A DNA stretch of 64,000 nucleotides. It comes from Pristiophorus japonicus. Taxonomy: Eukaryota. The notes below the pieces were generated by a model, which saw only the letters and a list, made by a program, of their open reading frames with translations, made no database searches and had not been told where the DNA came from. Position numbers and translations under genes: made by a program. The stretch covers positions 28,210,001 to 28,274,000 of the forward strand of contig NC_091990.1 in NCBI RefSeq assembly GCF_044704955.1, in the 5' to 3' direction. This document shows, one piece after another, positions 50,283-64,000 of this stretch (within the stretch, counting starts at the first letter, position 1; each line of letters begins with the position of its first letter).

Positions 50283-53200
50283 TCATCATAGGCAGTCCCT
50301 CGAAATCGAGGAAGACTTGCTTCCACTCTAAAAGTGAATTCTTAGGTGACTGAACAGTCCAATACGGGAATTACAGTCTCCGTCACAGGTGGGACAGTCG
50401 TTGAGGGAAAGGGTGGGTGGAACTGCTTTGCCGCACGCTCCTTCCGCTGCCAGCGCTTGATTTCTGTATTCTCTCGGCAACGAGACTCGAGGTGCTCAGC
50501 GCCCTCCCGGATGCATTTCCTCCACTTAGGGCGGTGTTTGGCCAGGGCCTCCCAGATTTTGGTGGGGATGTTGCATTTTATCAAGGAGGCTTTGAGGGTG
50601 TCCTTGTAACGTTTCCGCTGCCCACCTTGGGCTCGCTTGCCGTGAAGGAGTTCCGAGTAGAGCGCCTGCTTTGGGAGCCTTGTGTCAGGCATGCGAACAA
50701 TGTGGCCTGCCCAAGGGAGCTGGTGGAGTGTGATCAGTGCTTCGCTCCTGGGGATGTTGGCCTGATCGAGGACGCTAACATTGGTGCTAGGTGGTCTGTC
50801 CGCCCAGGAAATTTTCAGGATCTTGCGGAGACATCGTTGGTGGTATTTCTCCAGCGATTTGAAGTCTCTACTGTATATGGTCCACGTCTCTGAGCCATAC
50901 AGGAGGGCTGGTATCACTACAGCCCTGTAGTCCATAAGCTTGGTGGTAGATTTGAGGGCCTGATCAGGAGGCCGAAGGCTGCGTTGGCACACTGGAGGTG
51001 GTGTTGAATCTCGTCATCGATGTCTGCCCTTGCTTAAAGTAGGTTGCCAAGGTATGGAACATGGTCCACGTTGTCCAGGGCCATGCAGTGGATCTTGATG
51101 ACTGGGGGGACAGTGCTGTGTGGCGGGGTCAGGTTCTTGGAGGACCTTTGTCTTACGGATGTTTAGTGTAAGGCCCCTGCTTTCGTACACCTCAGTGAAG
51201 ATGTAACTATGACTTGTCATTCAATTTCTGAATGTGCGCAGACGCAAGCGTTGTCCGCACACTGTAGTTCGACGACAGAGGTTGGGACGGTCTTGGATCT
51301 GGCCTGGAGACGTCGAAGGTTGAACAGGTTCTCACTGGTATGGAACATGGTCCACGTCGAAGGTTGAACAGGTTCCCACTGGTTCTGTAGTTTAGTTGCA
51401 TTCCCGGCATGCTCTCCTCCTTCCAGATGAGAGAGATGACGTCATGCATTCTTGCCAATAGTGCCTCTCCGCCATACTTTAATGCCTAAGTGGGGATTCC
51501 ATCTACTCCCGACGACTCCTTTTTCTTGAGCTGATGGATGGCCTTTTCTATCTCGTGGGATTACGGAGACGTGGCTCCAGGATGATCAGGGCTGGGAACT
51601 CAACATTCAGGGGTATTCAACATTCAGGAAGGATAGAATAAAAGGAAAAGGAGGTGGGGTAGCATTGCTGGTTAAAGAGGAGATTAATGCAATAGTTAGG
51701 AAAGACATTAGCTTGGATGATGTGGAATCTATATGGGTAGAGCTGCAGAACACCAAAGGGCAAAAAACGTTAGTAGGAGTTGTGTACAGACCTCCAAACA
51801 GTAATAGGGATGTTGGGGAGGGCATCAAACAGGAAATTAGGGGTGCATGCAATAAAGGTGTAGCAGTTATAATGGGTGACTTTAATATGCACATAGATTG
51901 GGCTAGCCAAACTGGAAGCAATACGGTGGAGGAGGATTTCCTGGAGTGCATAAGGGATGGTTTTCTAGACCAATATGTTGAGGAACCAACTAGGGGGGAG
52001 GCCATCTTAGACTGGGTGTTGTGTAATGAGAGAGGATTAATTAGCAATCTCATTGTGCGAGGCCCCTTGGGGAAGAGTGACCATAATATGGTGGAATTCT
52101 GCATTAGGATGGAGAATGAAACAGTAATTTCAGAGACCATGGTCCAGAACTTAAAGAAGGGTAACTTTGAAGGTATGAGGCGTGAATTGGCTAGGATAGA
52201 TTGGCGAATGATACTTAGGGGGTTGACTGTGGATGGGCAATGGCAGACATTTAGAGACCGCATGGATGAATTACAACAATTGTACATTCCTGTCTGGCGT
52301 AAAAATAAAAAAGGGAAGGTGGCTCAACCGTGGCTATCTAGGGAAATCAGGGATAGTATTAAAGCCAAGGAAGTGGCATACAAATTGGCCAGAAATAGCA
52401 GCGAACCCGGGGACTGGGAGAAATTTAGAACTCAGCAGAGGAGGACAAAGGGTTTGATTAGGGCAGAGAAAATGGAGTACGAGAAGAAGCTTGCAGGGAA
52501 CATTAAGGCGGATTGCAAAAGTTTCTATAGGTATGTAAAGAGAAAAAGGTTGGTGAAGACAAACGTAGGTCCCCTGCAGTCAGAATCAGGGGAAGTCATA
52601 ACGGGGAACAAAGAAATGGCAGACCAATTGAACAAGTACTTTGGTTCGGTATTCACTAAGGAGGATACAAACAACCTTCCGGATATAAAAGGGGACAGAG
52701 GGTCTAGTAAGGAGGGGGAACTGAGGGAAATCTTTATTAGTCGGGAAATTGTGTTGGGGAAATTGATGGGATTGAAGGCCGATAAATCCCCAGGGCCTGA
52801 TGGACTGCATCCTAGAGTACTTAAGGAGGTGGCCTTGGAAATAGCGGATGCATTGACAGTCATTTTCCAACATTCCATTGACTCTGGATCAGTTCCTATG
52901 GAGTGGAGGGTAGCCAATGTAACCCCACTTTTTAAAAAAGGAGGGAGAGAGAAAACAGGGAATTATAGACCGGTCAGCCTGACCTCAGTAGTGGGTAAAA
53001 TGATGGAAATATTATTAAGGATGTCATAGCAGTGCATCTGGAAAATGGTGACATGATAGGTCCAAGTCAGCATGGATTTGTGAAAGGGAAATCATGCTTG
53101 ACAAATCTTCTGGAATTTTTTGAGGATGTTTCCAGTAAAGTGGACAAAGGAGAACCAGTTGATGTGGTATATTTGGACTTTCAGAAGGCTTTCGACAAGG

Positions 53201-55530
53201 TCCCACACAAGAGATTAATGTGCAAAGTTAAAGCACATGGGATTGGGGGTAGTGTGCTGACGTGGATTGAGAACTGGTTGTCAGACAGGAAGCAAAGAGT
53301 AGGAGTAAACGGGTACTTTTCAGAATGGCAGGCAGTGACTAGTGGAGTGCCGCAAGGTTCTGTGCTGGGGCCCCAGCTGTTTACATTGTACATTAATGAT
53401 TTAGACGAGGGGATTAAATGCAGTATCTCCAAATTTGCGGAGGATACCAAGTTGGGTGGCAGTGTGAGCTGCGAGGAGGATGCTATTAGGCTGCAGAGTG
53501 ACTTGGATAGGTTAGGTGAGTGGGCAAATGCATGGCAGATGAAGTATAATGTGGATAAATGTGAGGTTATCCACTTTGGTGGTAAAAACAGAGAGACAGA
53601 CTATTATCTGAATGGTGACAGATTAGGAAAAGGGAAGGTGCAACGAGACCTGGGTGTCATGGTACATCAGTCATTGAAGGTTAGCATGCAGGTACAGCAG
53701 GCGGTTAAGAAAGCAAATGGCATGTTGGCCTTCATAGCGAGGGGATTTGAATACAGGGGCAGGGAGGTGTTGCTACAGTTGTACAGGGCCTTGGTGAGGC
53801 CACACCTGGAGTATTGTGTACAGTTTTGGTCTCCTAACTTGAGGATGGACATTCTTGCTATTGAGGGAGTGCAGCGAAGGTTCACCAGACTGATTCCCGG
53901 GATGGCGGGACTGACCTATCAAGAAAGATTGGATCAACTGGGCTTGTATTCACTGGAGTTCAGAAGAATGAGAGGGGACCTCATAGAAACGTTTAAAATT
54001 CTGACGGGTTTAGACAGGTTAGATGCAGAAAGAATGTTCCCAATGTTGGGGAAGTCCAGAACCAGGGGTCACAGTCTGAGGATAAGGGGTAAGCCATTTA
54101 GGACCGAGATGAGGAGAAACTTCTTCACCCAGAGAGTGGTGAACCTGTGGAATTCTCTACCACAGAAAGTAGTTGAGGCCAATTCACTAAATATATTCAA
54201 AAGGGAGTTAGATGAAGTCCTTACTACTCGGGGGATCAAGGGTTATGGTGAGAAAGCAGGAAGGGGGTACTGAAGTTTCATGTTCAGCCATGAACTCATT
54301 GAATGGCGGTGCAGGCTAGAAGGGCTGAATGGCCTGCTCCTGCACCTATTTTCTCTGTTTCTATGTTTTCTATGTTTCTATGTGCAGGGTTGGGGTTTTG
54401 CTGAGATGGTGGCGGGTAGCATGCTGCGGGATGGAGTCGAGGACCCTTGTGTCAAAGTCAGAGTCTCGATTAAGGAGATCTTCGAAGTGCTCCTTCCAGC
54501 AGGTCCTGACTGCCTCGGTGTCCTTGATGAGTGTCTCCCCGCTCTTGGCCAGCAGTGGGGTGGGGCCTTGGGTGCTTGGGCCAGAGGTGGACTTGACTGC
54601 GGTGAAGAATTCTCGCACATCATGGCTGTCGGCCAGCTGCTGAATCTTCTGTGCTTTCTCCATCCACCATCTATTCTTTAGGTCACTGTTTTTTTGTTGG
54701 ACCTTGGCTTTAAGCCGTCTGTAATGCTGCTTTGCTGCTCCAGAGTTGTATTTTTTTAGGTTCAGAAATGCCCTGCACTTGCGATGTATTAGCTCTTGGA
54801 TCTCCTGGTCATTCTCATCAAACCAATCCTGGTGTTTCTTGGTTGAGTGACCGAGCGTCTCTTCGCAGGAATTGGTTATGGTGGTCTGGAGGGCGGACCA
54901 AGCGCTGTGGACATTCTGCATCTCGGGGTCATCAAGGGTTGCCAGGTTAGCAGTGAGGTGCTGGCTGTATAGGGCTCTCTTAGCTGGGTCTTTGAGTGAC
55001 CCGGCCTTGACTTTTTTGCGGCACTGCTTCTGCTGCCATCGCCACTTTGGGGCTATGTTGATGTTGATGATGGAACGGATTAGGCGGTGGTCTGTCCAGC
55101 AGTCGTCAGCTCCTGTCATAGTGCGGGTGATGCGCACATCCTTGCCTTGCCAGACTCGAACGATGACATAGGCGAGCAGGTGCCAGTGTTTGGAGCGAGG
55201 GTGTTGCCACGATGCCTTGTACTTGTCCCTCTGGTGGAACAAGGTGTTCGTGATGACAACGTCGTGCTCTAGGCATTTTGTCAGGAGCAGGGTACCGCTG
55301 GAATTGGTTTTCCCTACCCCCTCTCTGCCGATCATGCCTCCCCAGAGGGCTGTGTCCTTTCCGACCCTGGCATTGAAGTCGCCAAGAAGGATCAGTTTGT
55401 CGTCTGTAGGGACACGGGATAGGGATTTTTCGAGGCTGGAATAAAAACCCTCTTTGGTCTCATCTGTTGCATTGAGGGTTGGGGCGTACGCACTGATGAC
55501 TGTGGTGCATTGATTCCGGGATAGGATAGG
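50283..55530 (-). mobile_element. Duplicated RTE LINE (paralog of 36891-39310), split by CR1
   Basis: Near-identical to 36891-39310, including the internal deletion. Confidence 0.9.
51558..54381 (+). mobile_element. Young CR1 LINE, near-complete ORF2 with one frameshift
   Basis: ORFs 51665-53029 (EN) and 53032-54273 (RT); (tttctatg)n tail; absent at the paralogous site ~38161. Confidence 0.95.
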
Positions 55531-58500
55531 ATACGATGTTGTATAAAGGCAAGTTCTTTCTCGCGATTTCTCTCGTTTAACATCTGCCAAAGTAAAATAA
55601 CTTTTGCCGGCAATATTTCTTATTGCTGCTGGAGTGCAAAGGAAATGGCCCTCTATAGCTGTCTAAAGTTCTTCAACTTCCCCAGAATAGTTTGCATTTT
55701 CTTTTTGATACTCACCTTGTTGTACACATGAACAGTTTTACTCTTATGTACAGTAAGAGTGCTCTGCCCTTCAGACACTTCTGTTCTCTGCAGTACTTGT
55801 ATTCTGGGCGGTGTTAGGACCCTTCAATCCATGCAATAGCTGAGGGCTCCAAACCAGACAATGGCCCCGAGCAGATCCAGTAATGTTTCTGAATTGAGGT
55901 AAATCAATCTATTTTATATTATTTATTGCAAACATGCCTTTTCACCATGGTGCATGTGTAAATTTGAGCCCAGATTAAATAGATATTATTTAGTATCATT
56001 ATCCAGTAAATGTAAAGCCCCCAAACTGAACTTTAGCACGGGCAGCTGCAAGGCAGTGGCTGCTCCTGGTTGTATTCCATTCCAGCAGCCTTTATACTCT
56101 GCCAGTCCTCTTCATATCAACCAGTCTGAAGCAGCTGGCTGCAACCCAACGATAAAGCTGACACATTCACTCTGACCTGAGACTCTGTAAAAAGCAGCTC
56201 TAAACCCTGCCACTGGACGGAGCAAATTCTGGCAGGTTGTCTTTGGTTGCAGCTGGCCACATGGGGACAGGCACTTGTTGCAGAGTCTAAAAGCTGCATG
56301 AGTAGTTATCTTACAATGTGCTTGTATCTTCCATTGTGCCAGTGTTAAAATCTAGCCGGCAGTTTACATCATTCCTGACAGCAGGTTGGTCTTTATAACG
56401 TTGCTACGCATAGCCACCCCAATTTGAAGAGCAGCGTTGTAAACTGAGCTGGATGGTGCCTCCAGAGCAGCCCAAACTTAACGCAAGAGGTGGTTTTCAC
56501 CGGAATTGATGTAGACGTTCTGCTTTATTGTGCAGCACAAGAACAACAGAAATACAACTGCATATGCAAGACCAGGAGAGATGCCTGAGGTGGAGCAGAG
56601 GGAGAAGCATTGCAAGAGATATATTGCCCATGTCGGGATAGGTTGGAATAGCACTATGTAAAGGAAATGCCACAGAAGTTGTCCATGGAGAGGAGACGGC
56701 AGAGAAATATGGTGTGATCAACTGCATTGAAAACTGTGGTGAGGTCAAGGCAAGATAATGTTGGTGATTTTGACCAGTGTGGTCCCCATCCTGCGCTGGG
56801 ATACAATACAAACTGAAGGGATGGGAAGATGGAGGGTAAGAAGAAGTGAGCATGGAGGTAGGTGACAATGACACAGTTGTTGAGCTTGGAGAGAAAGGGG
56901 AGGTCAGAGATGGAGCAATAGATGAGTGGGGTAGGAAGCAATGCCCCAGGAAACGGAGCAATTGACAAGGCCAGCAAACAGGTCACCACGGAAAGGTAGT
57001 TAAGTGCATTGATCAATATAGAGGAGATGACACAAAGTATTGAGGCTGAGGGCATTGAGACAAGGAAATGGTCAGAGATGTCCTTGTTGGTAATTGACAT
57101 TGTGGCTATGGTGAGAGCAAGTGTGTTGTGGTGAGTTCAGGGTGAGTATTTTCCTTGGACTTGGAATGTGGGCAACATTGGCGAGGCCGTATTTATTGCC
57201 CATCCCAAGCTTTCCTGAAGGTATTGAAGCTCAACCACATAATGTGGGACTGGAGTCACATGTGGACCAGAACAGTTGGTGTTTAACAACAATCCAGAAG
57301 CTTTAATAGCCACATTTCTGCTGCTAGCCCCATAGTATTAAATTTTCATCAAATTCAATTTCACAATTCGCCATGTAGGGTTTTCACTCAAAACCTTTGG
57401 ATTGCAGATCTGGTGCCATAACCGCGAGGCTACTCTAATAAAGGCAGAGGGCAGAGACGTTGGTGGAAGGGGACAAGGGAATTTAGCTGTGAGTGGAATT
57501 AACTAGTTCCCATGTGAATCCTCTTGTTATGGCACTGATTCACTTTTACATGATGCCTTATTACCTAGAGGTGAAAACATTGAGATTTGGGAAGCTTATC
57601 GACACGATGAACAAAATATTGCCCTCCACAGTTTACATTCCAGCACTGAAATACTTTCCATCTATAAAAGCTAATGTAAATCAGCTTGATCTCCTTCTCT
57701 GGCTGGGTGTCATTTTTTTTCTGGCTACGCTTCTTTAATGTACCTTGGACATTTTGCTACATTAAGGGTGTTATATAAATACCAGATGGGGCCAGACAAG
57801 AAAATCGTCCCAATCACACTTCTATACTCTATTCCCGCATCACTTCATTCACTTTTGTTCCATCCAATTATCGTCTGATCTTGAATGTTGACAAAGTGCC
57901 TGCTTCAAACCTCAATTCTGAAAGTGAATTCCACTCCACACCCTATGTGTAAAGAAGTTTCTCAAGTTCTTTGTTCAAAATCTCATACATTTATTCTTGT
58001 ATCTATGGCCCCTTGTTTTGGCGTCGTTAACTACTGACATAGCTTTCTATCTCAAAATTTCACTCCTTGTCTCTGTAGCTGTTTTTTCCCTCACTCTTTC
58101 TTTCTCCTCTGCAAGTGTCTCCTTCCCTCTGTATCCGAATTTTCCTCTATGTCCTTCACTCTGCGTGAATTTTATTTCTGTTCTTTTGTCTCGCACTCTC
58201 TCTTTCTATCTTCATGTCTATCACTGTCCCCTCTTTCCTTTACCTCCAGTACTGTCCTAGAGCCAGACCTGGGGCTTCAAATCTCCATATAGCCACAGAA
58301 ATGACCTCATCTGTGATGGGAGGGGGAAGAGCTTGCAGCTGGCAAGGAATGGGATGGATGTTCAGTCATGGCCTGAGATAGAGGGAGCTGTGATGGGAGC
58401 ATCTGTGCATGCTGGGACAGGCACTGAAGAGGAGGTCCCATGAAAACATAAAACATTTCTCTGACTGTTCCTCCCACTACCCTCCACACCCCCTCCCCCT

Positions 58501-59138
58501 CACCACCACCACACCTTCCCCACAATACACCAGCTGCATTTTCTTGGCAGTCCTTGAGCAGTATGATTGATGCACTGGGTTGTGCCAGAATATATATTCA
58601 ATGCGCTGCCCTTGCATTATTGAATGAGAACAGCTGAGTGTGCACAAGTACACGTGGTGCCTGAGGGGAGTGCTCCCAACAATGCAGTACCGGGCCAGCA
58701 CTGTTGCGACCAGTGATATTCTACAACCTCAATTCATGCGAGAATGGTGGAACATTAAATACCAAACCAGAGTCATACATACTTGATTGCTGTGTTTAAT
58801 TCAGAAATAAATAAGTCAGTGAAACATAAGGAGTAGGAATGACAATAGAAAACAGATTAGACAAATACTCAGGGTGCAGGGAAACATTTGCAAACATACA
58901 ACACAGCCAGCATCTAGAAATTGTTGGTTGGCTACTACAGCACTTTTTTCAATTATTAATAGGTTTAGAACACAACCAGTCATCAAACACTCCCCTTCCT
59001 CTTATTCTCATGTAGTTACAGATAGCTCCATCAACTGACCAGTTAGATAATCTCTCTCACTGAATATTACAAACATCTCCTTATCAGCTCAAGTTCATAT
59101 GGATCACTCAGTATGAATACAGGTGGATCTCTCGATGA

Positions 59139-60646
59139 TTCCCAACATTCCATTGACTCTGGATCAGTTCCTATCGAGTGGAGGGTAGCCAATGTAACCC
59201 CACTTTTTAAAAAAAGGAGGGAAGAGAGAAAGCAGGGAATTATAGACCGGTCAGCCTGACCTCAGGAGTGGGTAAAATGATGGAATCAATTATTAAGGAT
59301 GTCATAGCAGCGCATTTGGAAAATGGTGACATGATAGGTCCAAGTCAGCATGGATTTGTGAAAGGGAAATCATGCTTGACAAATCTTCTGGAATTTTTTG
59401 AGGATGTTTCCAGTAAAGTGGACAAAGGAGAACCAGTTGATGTGGTATATTTGGACTTTCAGAAGGCTTTCGACAAGGTCCCACACAGGAGATTAATGTG
59501 CAAAGTTAGAGCACATGGGATTCGGGGTAATGTGCTGACGTGGATTGAGAACTGGTTGTCAGACAGGAAGCAAAGAGTAGGAGTAAATGGGTACTTTTCA
59601 GAATGGCAGGCAGTGACTAGTGGGGTACCGCAGGGTTCTGTGCTGGGGCCCCAGCTGTTTACATTGTACATTAATGATTTAGACGAGAGGATTAAATGTA
59701 GTATCTCCAAATTTGCGGATGACACTAAGTTGGGTGGCAGTGTGAGCTGCGAGGAGGATGCTATGAGGTTGCAGAGTGACTTGGATAGGTTAGGTGAGTG
59801 GGCAAATGCGTGGCAGATGAAGTATAATGTGGATAAATGTGAGGTTATCCACTTTGGTGGTAAAAACAGAGAGACAGACTATTATCTGAATGGTGACAGA
59901 TTAGGAAAAGGGGAGGTGCAACGAGACCTGGGTGTCATGGTACATCAGTCACTGAAGGTTGGCATGCAGGTACAGCAGGCGGTTAAGAAAGCAAATGGCA
60001 TGTTGGCCTTCATAGCGAGGGGATTTGAGTACAGGGGCAGAGAGGTGTTGCTACAGTTGTACAGGGCCTTGGTGAGGCCACACCTGGAGTATTGTGTGCA
60101 GTTTTGGTCTCCTAACTTGAGGAAGGACATTCTTGCTATTGAGGGAGTGCAGCGAAGATTCACCAGACTGATTCCCGGGATGGTGGGACTGACCTATCAA
60201 GAAAGACTGGATCAACTGGGCTTGTATTCACTGGAGTTCAGAAGAATGAGAGGGGACCTCATAGAAACGTTTAAAATTCTGACGGGTTTGGACAGGTTGG
60301 ATGCAGGAAGAATGTTCCCAATGTTGGGGAAGTCCAGAACCAGGGGTCACAGTCTAAGGATAAGGGGTAAGCCATTTAGGACTGAGATGAGGAGAAACTT
60401 CCTCACCCAGAGTGATGAACCTGTGGAATTCTCTACCACAGAAAGTAGTTGAGGCCAATTCACTAAATATATTCAAAAGGAAGTTAGATGAAGTCCTTAC
60501 TACTCGGGGGATCAAGGGGTATGGCGAGAAAGCAGGAAGGGGGTACTGAAGTTTCATGTTCAGCCATGAACTCATTGAATGGCGGTGCAGGCTAGAAGGG
60601 CTGAATGGCCTGCTCCTGCACCTATTTTCTATGTTTCTATGTTTCT
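59139..60646 (+). mobile_element. Young 5'-truncated CR1 LINE
   Basis: RT ORF 59268-60452; (tttctatg)n tail; atga duplicated; empty site at ~43869. Confidence 0.95.
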
Positions 60647-60880
60647 ATGAGATTGCATGTGGATCACGGTATGATACCAAGTGTATCTCTCGATGAGATT
60701 ACATGTGGATCACTCGATAACATTGCATGTGGATCATTCATCCATATTCCAACCATTCAGACTCATTCATTGGAACAAAGAGCACTCACAGAATATCCAT
60801 TTGTCCCCAAATCGAGACTCACACTCCAGCAGAGAATTGGTTACAACAACCATCGGGAAAATTTGAGATCCAAAGTCATC

Positions 60881-61062
60881 TCATGGCAGACCTGATTTAA
60901 TGTATTCGATTTTCATTGGTTTAATATACCTGTGTTTATGTAACACGACAGCTAGTACTATTATTGTTATTATTATTATTATTATGAGTATAGTCACCAG
61001 AATCCAACTTGTGAGGGCTGTATAATAATTGCAGGAAAGTTCTTGGTTCCAGATAGAATTTT
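60881..61062 (-). CDS. Copy A stalk/TM/cytoplasmic exon
   Basis: ENSIWNQELSCNYYTALTSWILVTIL(I)6TIIVLAVVLHKHRYIKPMKIEYIKSGLP*. Confidence 0.85.
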
Positions 61063-61687
61063 CTGAAATTAGAAAATAATAAGGAAAAAATCTTTTATTC
61101 ATTGAATAAAAAGAATCAAAAATAGAAGCAGCACAAAAAATATCACAAGTAGGTTCTATTCAAATGCGACTGAGTTTCTGGTGGGTGGAATTGACTAAAA
61201 TGATGAGCATTGGCAAATTACTGAATCCTCAACTTAAATGTACTAACGATGAAAATTGTGTGAATTGAATGTGTTTCCTATAGATTAATTTTCTTAAAAT
61301 AATAAATCAATGACTCAGTCATTATTATGAAAAATGAAAGTCTAGCTCCTCCAGTGGCTCAGTGAGTCTCTGCAGTAAGTAGCTGAGTCAGGCAGTCTCA
61401 CATTCAATATATGCTGAGTTAGCGGATAACAGCTGGGACAGCGGTACGGATGTGACAATTGGTCTTAATGCTCGAGGGTTATCAGTGAGCCATTCTAAAA
61501 CTGCACCTTTGTGGTGAGGATAGGATCAGGTACAGCTCTGATGCACCATTGATAATCCTCCTGGTAAAAACTACTATTAATGTTCCCACATAAATAATAA
61601 CCAGCCTGAATGTGGGAGTGGCCTGGTACCTTCAAGAGAGATGGAGAAGAAAAAAATTGGTGAGGGGAAAAAAAGGCAAGGTCTTAC

Positions 61688-61975
61688 CTGGAATAAGAAA
61701 ACTAAGTGTCCTGGAGGTAGTTTGATTGACAGCAGCATTTCGTAACACAAATGTATAGTTTGATCTCCTTTCCGTGACATTGATTTCGATACTGCTTTGG
61801 ACTGTGTACAGACTGTCAGCAGTTTGCTGGTGTGAAGATTTGGACAAAAGGGAATTATCCAGGTTGTCTCCGTTGTACCAAGAAACATCAGCCTTCGGGT
61901 ACCCTCGAGACTCGAACGTTAAAATGGTGCTGGATAGTTTCTGGTTGATCAACAGCATCGGCTCATTGTAGTATG
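61688..61975 (-). CDS. Copy A IgC-like exon (no cysteines)
   Basis: 288 nt, intact splice sites, 2 aa differences from copy B. Confidence 0.9.
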
Positions 61976-63106
61976 CTGCAAAATTAAAACAATCAATCAT
62001 TCAGTCTTGCCTCTTCAGTCATAAATGTTACACTGCCATTGCTGAAGACCTTTGGTAAATGCTTGGTCTACATTGCAGAAAAATACATGAACTAATAAAA
62101 TGATTATAAAGTTGCTGGTTACCACCTGTCACTTATTTGCTTGAAGTACAAGGGGTGCAGCACGGAGAGCTGGGGGTCAAGTGCGTACTTGATATTTGAG
62201 TTCTGCACAGGTTGAGCATCCTCAGAAGAGGAAAAAATGATTTGATCACAATCTCACTTCATCATGGGCAGATTAGCCTGACCCTTACCCCAGGGAACAT
62301 CTATTCTCCGGGCACAAAGATTATAAAAGGGTTTAAAGCCAATTACGCCAAGCATCCACCTCCTTTAGACTGCCCTGGGATTTCCTGGGATTGCTCCAAA
62401 GGCGGAGTAGGACCTGTGCCAGCAAGAGGCGCAGTCACTGTGCTCACTCAAATGAGGTGGAAGGGACATTCCTGGCCTCCTACTGGATAGATCTCCCTTT
62501 GCAACCCAGAGGCATCCAGATGTAGAGGTACCCCAAGAAGCTGATGGTGGGCCCTGTGTTCTGTACCCAATTGGGTCAGTGGGTGTGAGGGGACATGGCA
62601 GTAAAGCAAAGAGAAACCAAAAGGTATCTGAAAGTTTTTTTTTAAACTACGACTTATTAGATCGTCTGCCATTCAGGCAACTGTTCTCCAACTGACATTT
62701 CCTGAATCAAGGCCCGGTAAGGAGTACTAGGGCTGTGACCGGACCATATTCAAATGGAGCTCGAACTTCAGAGAGGGGGCCCGGTAAATCAGCCTCGAGT
62801 GCTATTGTGAGGCATCATAAAACTAAATGTTCCAATACAGTGAATCTCCTCCAAATTTTATCCAGTGATTCAGGCAATTTGAGAAATGTTCCAACAGCAC
62901 GAGATTAAATAATGGGCTATATTAGCTCGATCCCACAGTGTGCCTAATAAAACTTAATGAGAAGAAGTTTACAGTACATGGCCTGTTACCCGTTCACTGT
63001 GAATAGAGGGAGAGGATGAATCCCAGGCTACATTGCCGTAGCATGAGTCAGCAACTTCAGGTAAGATGGGGAACTAAGATAAGAGAAATATGTTCAGTAT
63101 ATTTAC

Positions 63107-63460
63107 CTGCAAATTTGACAGAGACTACTCCTTTCTCATGTCCAATTGTAGTACTGACATAACACTGGTACAGTCCAGTGTCCTCTGGTCTTACTGCTTC
63201 CAATTTCAGTGAAGCATTTCCATTTTGAAACTCCTGTGGGAATAGACTTGTTCTGCCTGAATATTGAGGATGCTGCTTGCTGAGCTGGTCTTCTCCATAA
63301 TAATAACTGTGGACAACCTCATCGGTCTCGACACGCTGCCAGGTGACAATGAGATTCTCCACAGTTGGTCCTCTAGTCACAGTGAAACTGCATCCTAGCA
63401 CAGCAATTTGGCCATGGATAGCTGTCACTGGTCCCTTAATCATCCTGACTTCAAATCCTT
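63107..63460 (-). CDS. Copy A IgV exon (leader exon expected ~0.6 kb beyond the window end)
   Basis: 354 nt, intact, 2 aa differences from copy B. Confidence 0.93.
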
Positions 63461-64000
63461 CTGTGAGTTAAAAGGAGGAAGAATAAAATGTTAGAAATGT
63501 GGTAAAAAAAACCCACAGAAAATGCTAATAGAATCCTCAGCAGGTCAGTCAATATCTGTGCTCAGAAATGCTCACAGTACTCCCGGTGTGGTCTAAGCAG
63601 GTCTCTGTATAGCTGCAGCTTAACTTCGACCATCTTGTATTCTAGTCTTCTAGATATAAAGGCCAGCACTCCATTAGCCTTTTGATTATTTTTTTCGAAC
63701 TGTTCATGGTATTTTAATAATCTATGTACCTGCTCCAATTAGTTTGCAAAAGAATGACTTACATTTATTTAGTGCCTTTCATGAACACCAGACATTTCAA
63801 AGCACTTGAGAGCCAGTAAGTACTTGGAGTGTAGTCACTATTGTAATGTGGGAAATGCAGCAGCCAATTTGCACACAGCAAGCTCCCACAAACACCAACG
63901 TGATAATGGCCAGAAAAACAGTTTGTTTTATGTCGATTGAGGGTTAAATATTGGCCAGGACATCGGGGATAACTCCCGTGCCTTCCTTTAAAATTGTGCC

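Overview
Vertebrate genomic DNA, most likely from a cartilaginous fish (inferred from CR1, RTE and L2 LINEs, a SacSINE1/DeuSINE-like SINE and Gypsy elements). Most of the window is transposon sequence. Embedded on the minus strand is a tandem cluster of B7-family (HHLA2/CD276/VTCN1-like) immunoglobulin-superfamily genes with exons for signal peptide, IgV, IgC and TM/cytoplasmic tail. Copy B (47859-44112) is complete and intact (297 aa if the TM exon reads to its own stop). Copy A (63460-60881; leader exon beyond the window) is a near-identical recent duplicate. Copy C (25349-19158) has an intact leader and IgV, but its IgC splice acceptor is micro-inverted and it has two premature stops. A fourth copy appears to survive only as flanking sequence (~33350-36420). 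Unusual features: the IgC domain has Phe at both canonical Cys positions, the TM helix is encoded by an (ATA)n microsatellite that differs between copies (3/6/10 codons), and there is an unpaired stalk Cys. Paralogous empty sites let several retrotransposon junctions be read directly (5'-inverted RTE insertions, CR1 tail microhomology, a bipartite RTE derivative). All exon models come from manual splice-site and frame reading; no expression data or database searches were used.
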